A DNA stretch of 61,168 nucleotides, filler included. It is 8 parts of 8 records of this genome, joined end to end, with 100 filler letters (N's around TTAATTAATTAA, not from the genome) between each part and the next. Parts side by side here need not be neighbours in the genome. Positions count along the whole stretch, not along the records: positions 15,156 to 26,037 come from SRR31156797_45869; positions 26,138 to 36,021 come from SRR31156797_45872; 6 more parts are not named here. One strand, 5' to 3'. The notes under the pieces were generated by a model. That model was given only the letters and a program-made list of their open reading frames with translations, made no database searches and was not told where the DNA came from. Made by a program: the position numbers and the translations under genes. How positions within the stretch are numbered: position 1 is the first letter of the stretch; every line of letters begins with the position of its first letter. Of this stretch, positions 20,660 through 30,687 are shown in pieces.

Positions 20660-23600
20660 ATGTCGGTAAAAAAAGTGGTTAAACAAACCCTATGGCTCGC
20701 TATGGCATGGACAATGGTTCTGCCGTGCGCGAATGCCGAGGATTGGCCCATGTGGCGGCATGATTCAAGCCGCACTGCCATCACCGGCGAACAATTGGAT
20801 GATACAAACCTGAAGCTTCACTGGAAGCGGCAATATGCAGCCCCCCAACCCGCCTGGGACAATCAGCAGGAAGAAAGCTGTTATGGCGGTCCAGGCCAGT
20901 CCGTGCTTCAGAAACTGTCCTTTGACACGTCCTATCAGCCGGTAGTGATGGGCGATGTGATGTATGTCGGCTCCATGAACAACGACAGCCTGACAGCCAT
21001 CAATCTTAACACGGGTGAGGAACTCTGGAAGTTTTTCACCAATGGTCCCATCCGGTTTGCGCCAGTTGCCATGGATGGAAAAATTTATGTGGGCTCGGAT
21101 GACGGATATCTCTACTGCCTGAATGAGAGCGGAAAGTTGCTCTGGAAAAAGCAGGGGGGGCCCACCAGTCGTAAGGTGCTGGGAAATGACCGGATGATCT
21201 CCGCCTGGCCGGTTCGCGGCGCTGCAGTTGTCCCCACCAATATTGAAAATTTTCCTAATCCTTCGTACGTTGAATGGCTGAACGGCAAATACGAACCCGG
21301 AGTGGAAAATTATCGCATTGCGGATGGGAGCAATGACTCGGAAGAGGAGATCAGTAACGGCTCCATCGACTTGGGAAGTTCAGACCTGGAGATCGGACGG
21401 GAGCACAATGACCAGAACGATTACCAAACCATTGGCTTGCGGTTCAGCAATGACTACTATGCTCTGAAAAATGGGACCCCGGTCACGAGTGCGAATATTC
21501 AGTTTACGGTGGATGAAACCGATGAAAAAAAGGGCGGAACCCAGCCTCTGAGAGTTCGTATTTATGGTGAAAAGACGGGTAGCTCCCAGGAATTTACATC
21601 AAGTTCCAAAGATATTACCGGCCGCGACAAGACTACAGCATATGTAGATTGGATAATTCCCTCATGGACTGAAGAAGGCGCAGCCGGAGAGGATCAAAAG
21701 ACCCCAAATCTGAGTGCCATCATTAATGAAATTATGACAAGCAGCGACTGGGTCCAGGGCAGCCCCATCACCTTTATCATCGAACGGGTTGAAGGGGATG
21801 GAATCCGTTGCGCGGAATCCTTTGACGGTGATGACAATGGTGCGGTTTTGACCATTGACTCAGAGGCTTTGGTTGCCAGCAACCATGCCCGTCCCGAGCA
21901 GTTCAGTGATATTAACCCCGCCTATACTGCATGGCAGGAAGCCCTGTCCTCTCCGGAAGCCGAGGCGTATAAAATCAACAGCACCATGGATGACCAGGAA
22001 GAAAATCCTAGCGGTGGACTCTACAACGACAGTTCAGATCTTGAACTCTGCCACGATGGGGATGTTCAGGTCATTGGGATGCGCTTTACTAATGATTTCT
22101 ACGCACTCGCACAGAATGGAACGGTTTCAAACGCCTACGTTCAGTTCACCGTTGACGAGACTAAAGGTGGGACCGAAGATTTACAGGTCAAAATCACGGG
22201 AGACCTGTCCGGTGATTCAGCCTCCATTGAAGGGACCTATGGCATCTCCGGCCGTACCCGTACCACGGCGGAAGTCATCTGGGACATTCCTTCATGGGAA
22301 AAGGTGGGCGACGCAGGATCAGCGCAGCAAACTCCCGATTTAAGTGCCATCATCAATGAGATTGTTGCATGCGAAGGTTGGGGTGAAGGCAGTGCCATTA
22401 CCCTGATCGTAGAATACGTCGAAGGTTCCGGCATCCGGTGCGCGGAATCAAAAGACGGCAATGGTGTGGGACCTCAACTTGTCATGGCAACCACTACTGA
22501 ATTAGTGGCCCGTACCGACAACGCCCCCGAGCAGTACATCAGCTATGAATTCGCTGACCTGAACACCATGTATTTCGGGGCCGGCATCTATCCTTTCGAG
22601 GGAACGTTCACCTATGCCCTGGATAAAGATACGGGCGATGTAAAATGGCTCAATGACAAGGATTACATGTATTTTGCGAATAATCCCCACGGCGGTTCCG
22701 AAGGCTATAACGGTAACGGCCCCCAAGGTTACTTGACTACGGCCAAAGACGGCAAGCTGCTGGTTCCCAATGGTCGTAATCGCCCTGCCTGCCTAAGCCG
22801 GGATGACGGCAGTCTGCTGTTTCATATGCTGCCCAGAAGCAATGGCGTCAGCAAAGGGGATGGCGGTTATTTTGTATCTTCCCTAGGTGACTACTTTTAC
22901 ACCAATCGTAACTCAGGTCTCAAGGCCTATAATCTATCCAATGGAAGTGGTGCCGGATCCACTGAGAATGATCTGATGGACGAGGATCACCTGCTGATCG
23001 TGGCCGGGGATACGGAATTTTCCGCAGGATATGTTTTCGGATACATTGAATCCCTGCACTCGGGTTATGATGATTCGGTTTTCAAGGTTTCGGGCGGTGA
23101 GTTTTCCTATGATGGACTCGAGGCCAGACCCACTGGACTGTTGGCCGCCAACGGGCACCTGATCGTTACCACCCGGGATGGCTCCATTTATTGTTTTGGT
23201 GAAGGGGAGCCCAAACACGGTGTGAAGACCTATGACTATATTCCCGAAAAAGAATACAACTGTAAAAACAAATACAACCGTAAAAACAAATGGCTACAGG
23301 TTCTTGATAAACAGAATAAAGCCCAGGCTGAAAAAATTATCGCGGCCGCAGGCTACCAGGAAGGTCAAAAAGGAATTTGTATCGTAGACGGTCTTTCCAA
23401 TGGAAAATTGACCGAGGCCCTGGCGGTGGTTAGTGATTTGACCGTGGTGGCCTTTGAGACAAACGCCAGGAAAGTGGACCGCATTCGAAGAAATTTGGAT
23501 GCCAAGGGACTTTATGGAAGAAAAGTCCACATCATAGAAGAGGATTTCACAGCTGCTGACGTTCCCTCCTACTGTGCTCACATCCTCACCAGTGAAAGAA

Positions 23601-25867
23601 CCTTGCACGGCCTGAATGTTCCGAAAAACATGAAGGAAGCGTATCGCGTATTGCGACCTTATGGTGGCGCAGTGGTTGCAAAAAGTGTTGTATCGACCAG
23701 AGTTATCAAAAAAATTGCCGGCAAAACGCTTGATGAAAACGATAATTACGAGGTGAGCAGATCCGGACAGTATAAAAAACTTACCAAGGTCGGAAAACTG
23801 CCGGGTGCTGATGATTGGACCCATCAACACGCCAATGCCCAGCAGACGACCTTTTCCAAAGACGATCTGGTGAAACTGCCCATGGGCATTCTCTGGTATG
23901 GCGGCAGCGCCGACAATACCAATGACAAGATTCTGCCCCGGCACGGACACGGACCTTCACCCCAGGTCGTAGGCGGTCGCTATTTTATTGAAGGGCTCGA
24001 TATTTTGCGCTGTGTAGATGTTTACACAGGCCGGGTTCTCTGGGAAAAAGAGATCACCAACCTGGGTCAGTTTTCCAACTATACGGACCACCAGGCCGGT
24101 CAACTGTCATTGGGTGACAATTATATTACAACGGAAGACAAGGTATATGTACTTGGAACCCACGAGGATAATGATTGGCCCACCGAGCTGCTGGTCTTGA
24201 ATGCCGCTACCGGTGAGACAGAGAAAACCGTTACCCTTCCCGCAAACGAAGGTTTTGGCAGCATCGCGGTCTATGATGATTACCTGATCGCCACGGGCAC
24301 CCCCTTAATTCAGGATGACCACGGCTACGCCAACGACGGCACACCTTTTCCGGAAGGCAGCGGATGGATCTATCAGGACTCCGATCCCAAACTAGGTGTA
24401 GGCGGCATGGGGACGTGGAATGGATCCACCAGTAGGACCATCCATGTGCTGGACCGCAACACCGGCGAACATAAGTGGACCACGACCGCAGCTTACGGTT
24501 TTCACAATTGTTCAATCGTTGCCGGAAACGGCAAATTATTCGCTCTTGACCGGATCAACTGGGATGACACATCCATTGAAGAACGGCTGAAAATGGGCGA
24601 TGATGGAAAACCTCATAAAAGCAGCGGCAGTGCACCGAAAACCGGCTATGATCGCAGTCTGAAAGAGGCCAAGCTGACGGCGTTCAATATCGGCAATGGA
24701 ACAGAGATCTGGTCTAAGACCCAAGGGGAAGACGGGGCGGAATTGTTTGGCTCCTGGCTAGCCTATTCCGAAGAGTATGACACATTGGTGGAATGCGAGC
24801 GCAGCTCCCGCGACTATTACTATACCGATGGCGGCAGGAACATGACCGCCTGGCAGGGAGCGAACGGCACCGAGCTCTGGAGCAACATGGATAAGAATTA
24901 CCTGGGTGGCCCGGTCGTATTGAACGGAGACATGATCATCACCCAATCCGGCAATGACATGGGGGCCATCAATCTGACGACCGGTGAGGATTATAAGGTA
25001 CCCAGCGGACTGACCGGAGAACAGGTTGATTTCGCCGGATTCAAGCGCTACGGGTGCGGTACCATGGTCGCCTCTAAGAATGTCATGTTCTTTCGCAGCG
25101 GGAATGCCGGCTACTATGATCTGAATACCTTTTCCGGCACCGGCAATTTTGGCGGTTTCAAGTCAGGTTGTACCATCAATCTGATGCCTGCCAACGGACT
25201 GATGGTGGCCCCGGAATATTCGCGTACCTGCGGTTGCAGCTACCAACTCCAGACATCCTGTGCATTGATTCACCGGGAAGACGTGGAACAATGGAGCTGT
25301 AACAAAAATCTTGGCGAACAATATGACGGCGGTCGTCTGGCCAATGTGGGGTTGAACTTCGGTGCCATCGGCGACCGGGTCGACGCGGAAAATGTTCTCT
25401 GGATGGAATACCCCTTTGGAGAGCAGGCAATGGGTTATGACTACCAGATCCCGGTAAATGTTGCGGTAACCGGGGCTGATGTGTCCTATTTCCGTCATCA
25501 CAGCCTGACTGTTCAAGGGGATCTTAACTGGGTTGCAGCCTCCGGTGTTATGGGCGCAACCGCCATCACCCTTGACGTGGGCGGCGATGGAGAAGACAAG
25601 GCCTATGATGTTACGCTTTATTTTGTGGAACAGGAAACGGGCGTTCAAGCCGGTGATCGTGTATTCAGTGTAACTGTAAACGGCAACGATACCGGAGACA
25701 TTGATGTGGCTGCAGAAGCAGGGTACATGACCACCATGACCCGCACGATTGAAAATGTACTCGTTGGTGAACAGCTGCAGATCACCCTGAATCCCGTGGC
25801 CGGACAACCTATTTTATCCGGAGTTTCCCTTAAGTTGAAATCCGATATCCAGGTTGCAAGCAATTAG
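20660..25867 (+). CDS. Giant secreted PQQ-type beta-propeller protein with inserted tandem beta-sandwich domains, MTase-like domain and C-terminal malectin-like domain
   Basis: RBS GGAGGGA; signal peptide ..CANA|EDWPMWRHD; TGEELW/TGRVLW blades; YRVLRPYGG; DWTHQHAN; RYGC, SGC, CGCSY; YDVTLYF..GDRVFSVTVNG..PILSGV. Confidence 0.8.
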   Translation: MSVKKVVKQTLWLAMAWTMVLPCANAEDWPMWRHDSSRTAITGEQLDDTNLKLHWKRQYAAPQPAWDNQQEESCYGGPGQSVLQKLSFDTSYQPVVMGDVMYVGSMNNDSLTAINLNTGEELWKFFTNGPIRFAPVAMDGKIYVGSDDGYLYCLNESGKLLWKKQGGPTSRKVLGNDRMISAWPVRGAAVVPTNIENFPNPSYVEWLNGKYEPGVENYRIADGSNDSEEEISNGSIDLGSSDLEIGREHNDQNDYQTIGLRFSNDYYALKNGTPVTSANIQFTVDETDEKKGGTQPLRVRIYGEKTGSSQEFTSSSKDITGRDKTTAYVDWIIPSWTEEGAAGEDQKTPNLSAIINEIMTSSDWVQGSPITFIIERVEGDGIRCAESFDGDDNGAVLTIDSEALVASNHARPEQFSDINPAYTAWQEALSSPEAEAYKINSTMDDQEENPSGGLYNDSSDLELCHDGDVQVIGMRFTNDFYALAQNGTVSNAYVQFTVDETKGGTEDLQVKITGDLSGDSASIEGTYGISGRTRTTAEVIWDIPSWEKVGDAGSAQQTPDLSAIINEIVACEGWGEGSAITLIVEYVEGSGIRCAESKDGNGVGPQLVMATTTELVARTDNAPEQYISYEFADLNTMYFGAGIYPFEGTFTYALDKDTGDVKWLNDKDYMYFANNPHGGSEGYNGNGPQGYLTTAKDGKLLVPNGRNRPACLSRDDGSLLFHMLPRSNGVSKGDGGYFVSSLGDYFYTNRNSGLKAYNLSNGSGAGSTENDLMDEDHLLIVAGDTEFSAGYVFGYIESLHSGYDDSVFKVSGGEFSYDGLEARPTGLLAANGHLIVTTRDGSIYCFGEGEPKHGVKTYDYIPEKEYNCKNKYNRKNKWLQVLDKQNKAQAEKIIAAAGYQEGQKGICIVDGLSNGKLTEALAVVSDLTVVAFETNARKVDRIRRNLDAKGLYGRKVHIIEEDFTAADVPSYCAHILTSERTLHGLNVPKNMKEAYRVLRPYGGAVVAKSVVSTRVIKKIAGKTLDENDNYEVSRSGQYKKLTKVGKLPGADDWTHQHANAQQTTFSKDDLVKLPMGILWYGGSADNTNDKILPRHGHGPSPQVVGGRYFIEGLDILRCVDVYTGRVLWEKEITNLGQFSNYTDHQAGQLSLGDNYITTEDKVYVLGTHEDNDWPTELLVLNAATGETEKTVTLPANEGFGSIAVYDDYLIATGTPLIQDDHGYANDGTPFPEGSGWIYQDSDPKLGVGGMGTWNGSTSRTIHVLDRNTGEHKWTTTAAYGFHNCSIVAGNGKLFALDRINWDDTSIEERLKMGDDGKPHKSSGSAPKTGYDRSLKEAKLTAFNIGNGTEIWSKTQGEDGAELFGSWLAYSEEYDTLVECERSSRDYYYTDGGRNMTAWQGANGTELWSNMDKNYLGGPVVLNGDMIITQSGNDMGAINLTTGEDYKVPSGLTGEQVDFAGFKRYGCGTMVASKNVMFFRSGNAGYYDLNTFSGTGNFGGFKSGCTINLMPANGLMVAPEYSRTCGCSYQLQTSCALIHREDVEQWSCNKNLGEQYDGGRLANVGLNFGAIGDRVDAENVLWMEYPFGEQAMGYDYQIPVNVAVTGADVSYFRHHSLTVQGDLNWVAASGVMGATAITLDVGGDGEDKAYDVTLYFVEQETGVQAGDRVFSVTVNGNDTGDIDVAAEAGYMTTMTRTIENVLVGEQLQITLNPVAGQPILSGVSLKLKSDIQVASN
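21250..22545 (+). repeat. Two tandem ~210-aa internal domain copies
   Basis: Both copies carry SSDLE..G[LM]RF.ND.YAL..NG..QFTVDET..W.IPSW..TP.LSAIINEI..GIRCAES.DG; limits approximate. Confidence 0.85.
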
Positions 25868-25906
25868 CACGACAGTAGATTTATTTTAAATCTATTATAC
25901 ATTTAC

Positions 25907-25941
25907 TCCGGGAGAAGGGTAAAATCTTCTCCCGGATTTTT
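25907..25941 (+). terminator. Rho-independent terminator
   Basis: TCCGGGAGAAG / CTTCTCCCGGA stem followed by TTTTT. Confidence 0.8.
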
Positions 25942-26037
25942 ATAGTGGCCTTTCGGTCTACGCTTGAGGGCTTCAAGAATTAAAGAGGAACATTTATGAT
26001 TGGCGTTAATCAAATCCGAATCTATTCAATACTATTG

Positions 26038-26137
26038 NNNNNNNNNNNNNNNNNNNNNNNNNNNNNNNNNNNNNNNNNNNNTTAATTAATTAANNNNNNN
26101 NNNNNNNNNNNNNNNNNNNNNNNNNNNNNNNNNNNNN
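26038..26137. other. Artificial contig linker
   Basis: N run-TTAATTAATTAA-N run. Confidence 0.98.
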
Positions 26138-26967
26138 ATACCCATACACCCGTGGAAGCCGCACGGCAGATCGCCCAAAGTCCCGTGGCGGACCTCCGGG
26201 AAATCCATCTCGTGGGGGGATGCCATCCCCATCTCGGGCTTGATTACTACACGGACATGCTGAAGGCCCTGACCCAAGCCAAATCGGGTCTGAAGCTCAA
26301 AGCCTTTACCGCGGTAGAAATTGATAATATGGCCTCACGGGCCGGTCTTTCATCTTTGGACTGCCTGAAGCAACTCAAAACTGCCGGTTTGTCGGCCATG
26401 CCGGGCGGGGGCGCCGAAGTCTTCTCGGAACGGGTCAGGAAAGCACTTTTCCCCAATAAGATTTCCGCGGACCGTTGGCTGGAGATTCATGGGGAGGCCC
26501 ATGGTTTGGGCATCGGCACCAATTCAACACTCCTCTTCGGCCATATGGAATCATTGGAAGAGCGGGTGATGCACCTGTTCCGATTGCGGGAACAGCAGGA
26601 TATTTCGAAAGGTTTCAAAGCCTTTATCGCCCTTCCCTTTCACCCGAAAAACACGCCTCTCGATCATCTGCCCGGACCTACCGGCGTGGACATTTTAAAG
26701 ACCATCGCCACGGCCCGGCTGATTCTGGATAACATCGATCATATGAAAGCCTACTGGGTAATGCTCGGTCCCAAGCTGACTCAGACGGCCCTTCACTTCG
26801 GCGCCGATGATCTGGAAGGGACCATTGTAAAAGAACGCATCGCCCACCAGGCAGGCGCCGCAACCGCCACAGGATTAACCCGGAAACGGCTGGTTGAACT
26901 TATCGAAGAGGCGGGGTTGGTGCCTGAACAGAGGGATACTTTCCATAAACCGATTCAAGAACCTTAA
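26138..26967 (+). CDS. mqnE: Aminofutalosine synthase (CofH/MqnE radical SAM family), 5'-truncated
   Basis: EIHLVGGCHP, KAFTAVEI, MPGGGAE, HMKAYWVM, GADDLEGT; directly upstream of mqnC. Confidence 0.85.
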
Positions 26968-26970
26968 AAA

Positions 26971-28056
26971 ATGACCTCATCCTTGCTGAAAGAAACCATT
27001 GAAAAAGCGTCACAGGGGCACCGGTTGGACACGGATCAGGCCCTGAGGTTGTACGAACAGGCGGATCTGCTCACCCTGGCTCGACTGGCCCAAAATGCCC
27101 GGTTCAGACACAACCCTGGCCTGACGGTCACCTACGCCGTGGACCGCAACATCAATTATACCGATATCTGTGTGTCCGGATGCGCTTTCTGCGCCTTCTA
27201 CAAAGAAAAGGACGACCCTGACGCCTATGTCATGGACCGGGAAACCCTCAACCGGAAATGCAACGAAACCCTTTCGCTGGGCGGTACCCAGATACTGTAT
27301 CAGGGTGGACTCAACCCAGGCCTGGACATGGCTTGGCATGAACAACAGGTGGCCTTCATGAAAAGCAAAGGCCTTCATGTGCACGGCTATTCCCCTCCGG
27401 AAATCGTGTTTATGGCCCAAAGGGAAGGCATCCCAATCCATGTGGTCATAGAACGGCTCAAGGAAGCGGGCTTGGGCTCAATACCGGGAGGGGGCGCCGA
27501 GATCCTTGTGGATCGGGTGCGACAAAAGATATCCCCCAACAAGGCATCCACATCCCAGTGGCTTGCGGTCATGGGCAGTGCTCACAACTTGGGTCTCAAG
27601 ACCACCGCCACCATGATGTTCGGGCATGTTGAAACCCTGGAAGAAAGAATTCTGCACCTTTCGGCCATTCGGGAACTTCAGGATGAAACCGGCGGGTTTA
27701 CCGCCTTTATCCCCTGGCCCTACCAGCCGGGAAAAAACACCCTATCCGGCCGGGCCCTGGGCGGCACCCCCTATTTACGAACCCTGGCCATATCCCGGAT
27801 CTTCCTGGACAATGTGCCCCATGTACAGGCATCCTGGGTTACCCAAGGGCATCATATCGGCCAGATCGCCCTTCATTTCGGCGCCGACGATATGGGCTCC
27901 ACCATGATTGAGGAAAACGTGGTGGCGTCAGCCGGGGTCAGAAACGCCATGACCCAATGGGACATTAAAAGGCTCATTGAGACCGCGGGCTTTGGGGCTG
28001 TTCAGCGGAACACCCTGTATGAGCCCGTGGAAAAGGGAAAAGAGGCTGCCCCATGA
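26971..28056 (+). CDS. mqnC: Cyclic dehypoxanthine futalosine synthase
   Basis: DRNINYTDICVSGCAFCAF, IPGGGAEIL, QASWVTQG, STMIEENVV. Confidence 0.9.
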   Translation: MTSSLLKETIEKASQGHRLDTDQALRLYEQADLLTLARLAQNARFRHNPGLTVTYAVDRNINYTDICVSGCAFCAFYKEKDDPDAYVMDRETLNRKCNETLSLGGTQILYQGGLNPGLDMAWHEQQVAFMKSKGLHVHGYSPPEIVFMAQREGIPIHVVIERLKEAGLGSIPGGGAEILVDRVRQKISPNKASTSQWLAVMGSAHNLGLKTTATMMFGHVETLEERILHLSAIRELQDETGGFTAFIPWPYQPGKNTLSGRALGGTPYLRTLAISRIFLDNVPHVQASWVTQGHHIGQIALHFGADDMGSTMIEENVVASAGVRNAMTQWDIKRLIETAGFGAVQRNTLYEPVEKGKEAAP

Positions 28057-29222
28057 TTCCCGTCATACACAGGGCCCGCTGGATCATGACCGAACCGGGC
28101 CGGTGGCTTGAAAACGGCTGGGTGGTGGTCAATGGCAACCGGATTTCTGAAGTAAGCCGGGGCAGCGTCTCACCCCCTGCCCATGTCCGGATCATAGACC
28201 ATGGAGACGGGATTCTCATGCCGGCCCTGGTAAATGCCCACACCCATATCTGCCTTTCCGGACGTGCCAGGCACCATGTATCCAAAGGGTTTACAAAATG
28301 GGTTGAGGCCGTGATCACGGCGCGCAACCGCCAAAGCCCTGAAGACGCAGCCCGGACCGTTCTGGACGGGGCAAAGGCCTTGAAGAACACGGGAACGGGC
28401 CTGGTGGGCGAATTCGGCCCCCATGTTCCGGTGGCCATGGCCTTGAAAATGTTACGCCTTCACGCAACGGTATGGCTCGAATGCCTTGGCAATGACCGTG
28501 ACCTGCCGTCGCTTCCCGAGAACACCCCGACCATCCGCCACGCCCACGGGGGACACGCGCCCCACACCACCAGCCCCACCCTGCTCAAGCGGGTCCAGAC
28601 GGCGGACGCCCGTCTGGGACAGCGGTTCTGTTTTCACCTGGCCGAATCCCGGGCCGAAGTGGAATTCCTTCAAACCGGAAAAGGGGAGTGGGCGGATTTC
28701 ATGACCCGAATGGGCATCGATTTTTCCCAATGGGGCTGTTTTGGAAAACGGCCCCTTGAGATGGCCCTTGAAAAAGGATTATTGGATCACAATACCCTGG
28801 CCGTTCATCTGCTGGAGATCACATTACGGGAAATGGAGAGATTTGCCCAAACGGGCGCCCGGGTCTGCCTCTGCCCCCGATCCAATTGGACGCTGCACAA
28901 GAAACTACCCAACATTGACGCATTCCTGAAGGCGGGTATTCAACCGGCCTTGGGCACCGACTCGCTGGCCTCCACTTCCACCCTCAGCCTCTTTGATGAA
29001 ATGCGGTTTATGGGCAAGCGCTATCCGGGTCTCAACCCCGACACCATACTGGGGTTCGGCACGGCAAACGGCGCAGTAGCCCTGGGTTGCCCGGAACTGG
29101 GGTCTCTTCGACCGGGAAACCAAAACCGCATGATTTACGTGGATCTGGACGTCATAAGCCCGAAACAGGCGGCGGAGGCGTTGGTCTTCACAAAAGACCT
29201 TGGCGTGCACCCTATTTTCTGA
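28053..29222 (+). CDS. Amidohydrolase family protein, probable aminofutalosine deaminase
   Basis: NAHTH, HAPH, HLAES, LAVH, GTDS metal ligands; overlaps mqnC inside the mqn operon. Confidence 0.7.
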   Translation: MIPVIHRARWIMTEPGRWLENGWVVVNGNRISEVSRGSVSPPAHVRIIDHGDGILMPALVNAHTHICLSGRARHHVSKGFTKWVEAVITARNRQSPEDAARTVLDGAKALKNTGTGLVGEFGPHVPVAMALKMLRLHATVWLECLGNDRDLPSLPENTPTIRHAHGGHAPHTTSPTLLKRVQTADARLGQRFCFHLAESRAEVEFLQTGKGEWADFMTRMGIDFSQWGCFGKRPLEMALEKGLLDHNTLAVHLLEITLREMERFAQTGARVCLCPRSNWTLHKKLPNIDAFLKAGIQPALGTDSLASTSTLSLFDEMRFMGKRYPGLNPDTILGFGTANGAVALGCPELGSLRPGNQNRMIYVDLDVISPKQAAEALVFTKDLGVHPIF

Positions 29223-29245
29223 TCACACAACATCACGAGGACATC

Positions 29246-30685
29246 ATGCCCTTTAAAAATCTTCAGGACCTGGTCAAGCACCTGGAAACCGAAAAACAGC
29301 TGGTTCCAATAAAAGAATCTGTGAGTCCCCACCTTGAGATTTCCGAAATCACGGACCGGGTGGTGAAAAAGAAGGGCCCCGCCCTCTTCTTTCAAAACCC
29401 GAAGGGTTACAACTTCCCGGTGCTGACCAACCTGTACGGCAGCTTGGAGAGGATCCGAACCATCTTCAATATCCAAGAACTGGATGACCTGGGCCTGGGC
29501 TTTGCCCGTTTTCTGGAGATCGCTCCGCCCAAAGGTTGGGTGGAAAAGCTGAAACTGCTGCCCAAGCTCAAGGAAGCGGCCAACATATTCCCCAAAACCG
29601 TGAAACGGGCACCTTGCCAGGAGATCATCAACACGGAAAGTCCGGACCTGACCCAACTGCCCGTGCTCACCTGCTGGCCCCATGACGGAGGCCCTTTTAT
29701 CACCCTCCCCGTGGTCATCACCCGTCATCCAAGAACGGGAAAACGAAATCTGGGCATGTACCGCATGCAGGTCTACGATAAAACCACCGCCGGTCTTCAC
29801 TGGCATGTACATAAGGACGGGGCCGACCATTACCGGGAGAGCTCTCCCGCGGAACCCCTTCCCGTGGCCGTGTCCCTGGGCCCGGACCCCGTCACCACCT
29901 ATTGCGCCACGGCGCCCCTGCCGGACGGAGTGGACGAACTGTTCCTTTCCGGTTTTCTGAGGCAGAAGCCGGTGGAAATGGTCAAATGCGTCACCTGCAA
30001 CCTGGAGGTCCCCGCCGAAAGCCAGTTTGTGCTGGAAGGGTACGTCACCCGGGGCGAACTTAAGACCGAAGGCCCCTTCGGAGACCACACGGGGTACTAC
30101 TCGCCGGCGGACGCATACCCGGTCTTTCACCTCACCGCCATGACGCACCGGCAGAACCCCATCTATCCCGCCACGCTGGTGGGATACCCGCCCATGGAGG
30201 ACCAGTGGCTGGGCAAGGTGACCGAACGGCTCTTCCTCCCCCTGATCAAACAGCAGATGCCCGAAATCGTGGACATGAACCTGCCGGTGGAAGGGTGCTT
30301 TCACAACTTGTGTTTTGTAAGTATCAACAAGCGGTATCCGGGTCACGCCCATAAGGTGATGCAGGCCATATGGGGCCTGGGGCAGATGATGTTCAGCAAG
30401 ATGATTTTCGTTTTTGACAAAGACGTGGATGTTCAGGATCTCTCCCAGGTGCTGTTTCACCTGGGCGGCAATGTGGATCCGGGCCGCGACATCACCATGG
30501 TCAAGGGACCGGTGGATGCCCTGGATCACGCCTCCACCCTCCCCCATGTGGGGAGCAAGATGGGCGTGGACTGTACCGCCAAATGGCCCACCGAAGGATA
30601 TGACCGGGGGTGGCCGGAATTGCTTCAAATGTCCCCTGATATCGTTGGTAAAATTGATAAAATCTGGAATAGGCTGGGGCTGTAA
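29246..30685 (+). CDS. mqnL: UbiD-family menaquinone biosynthesis decarboxylase
   Basis: RBS GAGG then ATG 29246; NLGMYRMQ, EGPFGDHTGYY, SKMGVD motifs. Confidence 0.88.
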   Translation: MPFKNLQDLVKHLETEKQLVPIKESVSPHLEISEITDRVVKKKGPALFFQNPKGYNFPVLTNLYGSLERIRTIFNIQELDDLGLGFARFLEIAPPKGWVEKLKLLPKLKEAANIFPKTVKRAPCQEIINTESPDLTQLPVLTCWPHDGGPFITLPVVITRHPRTGKRNLGMYRMQVYDKTTAGLHWHVHKDGADHYRESSPAEPLPVAVSLGPDPVTTYCATAPLPDGVDELFLSGFLRQKPVEMVKCVTCNLEVPAESQFVLEGYVTRGELKTEGPFGDHTGYYSPADAYPVFHLTAMTHRQNPIYPATLVGYPPMEDQWLGKVTERLFLPLIKQQMPEIVDMNLPVEGCFHNLCFVSINKRYPGHAHKVMQAIWGLGQMMFSKMIFVFDKDVDVQDLSQVLFHLGGNVDPGRDITMVKGPVDALDHASTLPHVGSKMGVDCTAKWPTEGYDRGWPELLQMSPDIVGKIDKIWNRLGL

Positions 30686-30687
30686 TC

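Noticed and set aside
15970-25867. PQQ biosynthesis (pqqE) plus a PQQ dehydrogenase
   Set aside because: No pqqA-D genes; the propeller repeats are structural, and the radical SAM gene is in a separate convergent unit.
29087-29245. N-terminal extensions given in the ORF track (also at 38800, 45789, 47060 and 59026)
   Set aside because: They overlap upstream genes or repeats. Downstream starts with an RBS or stop-start coupling match the family N-termini better.
29135-30628. 497-aa minus-strand ORF
   Set aside because: Antisense shadow of the UbiD-family gene, caused by codon bias in GC-rich DNA.
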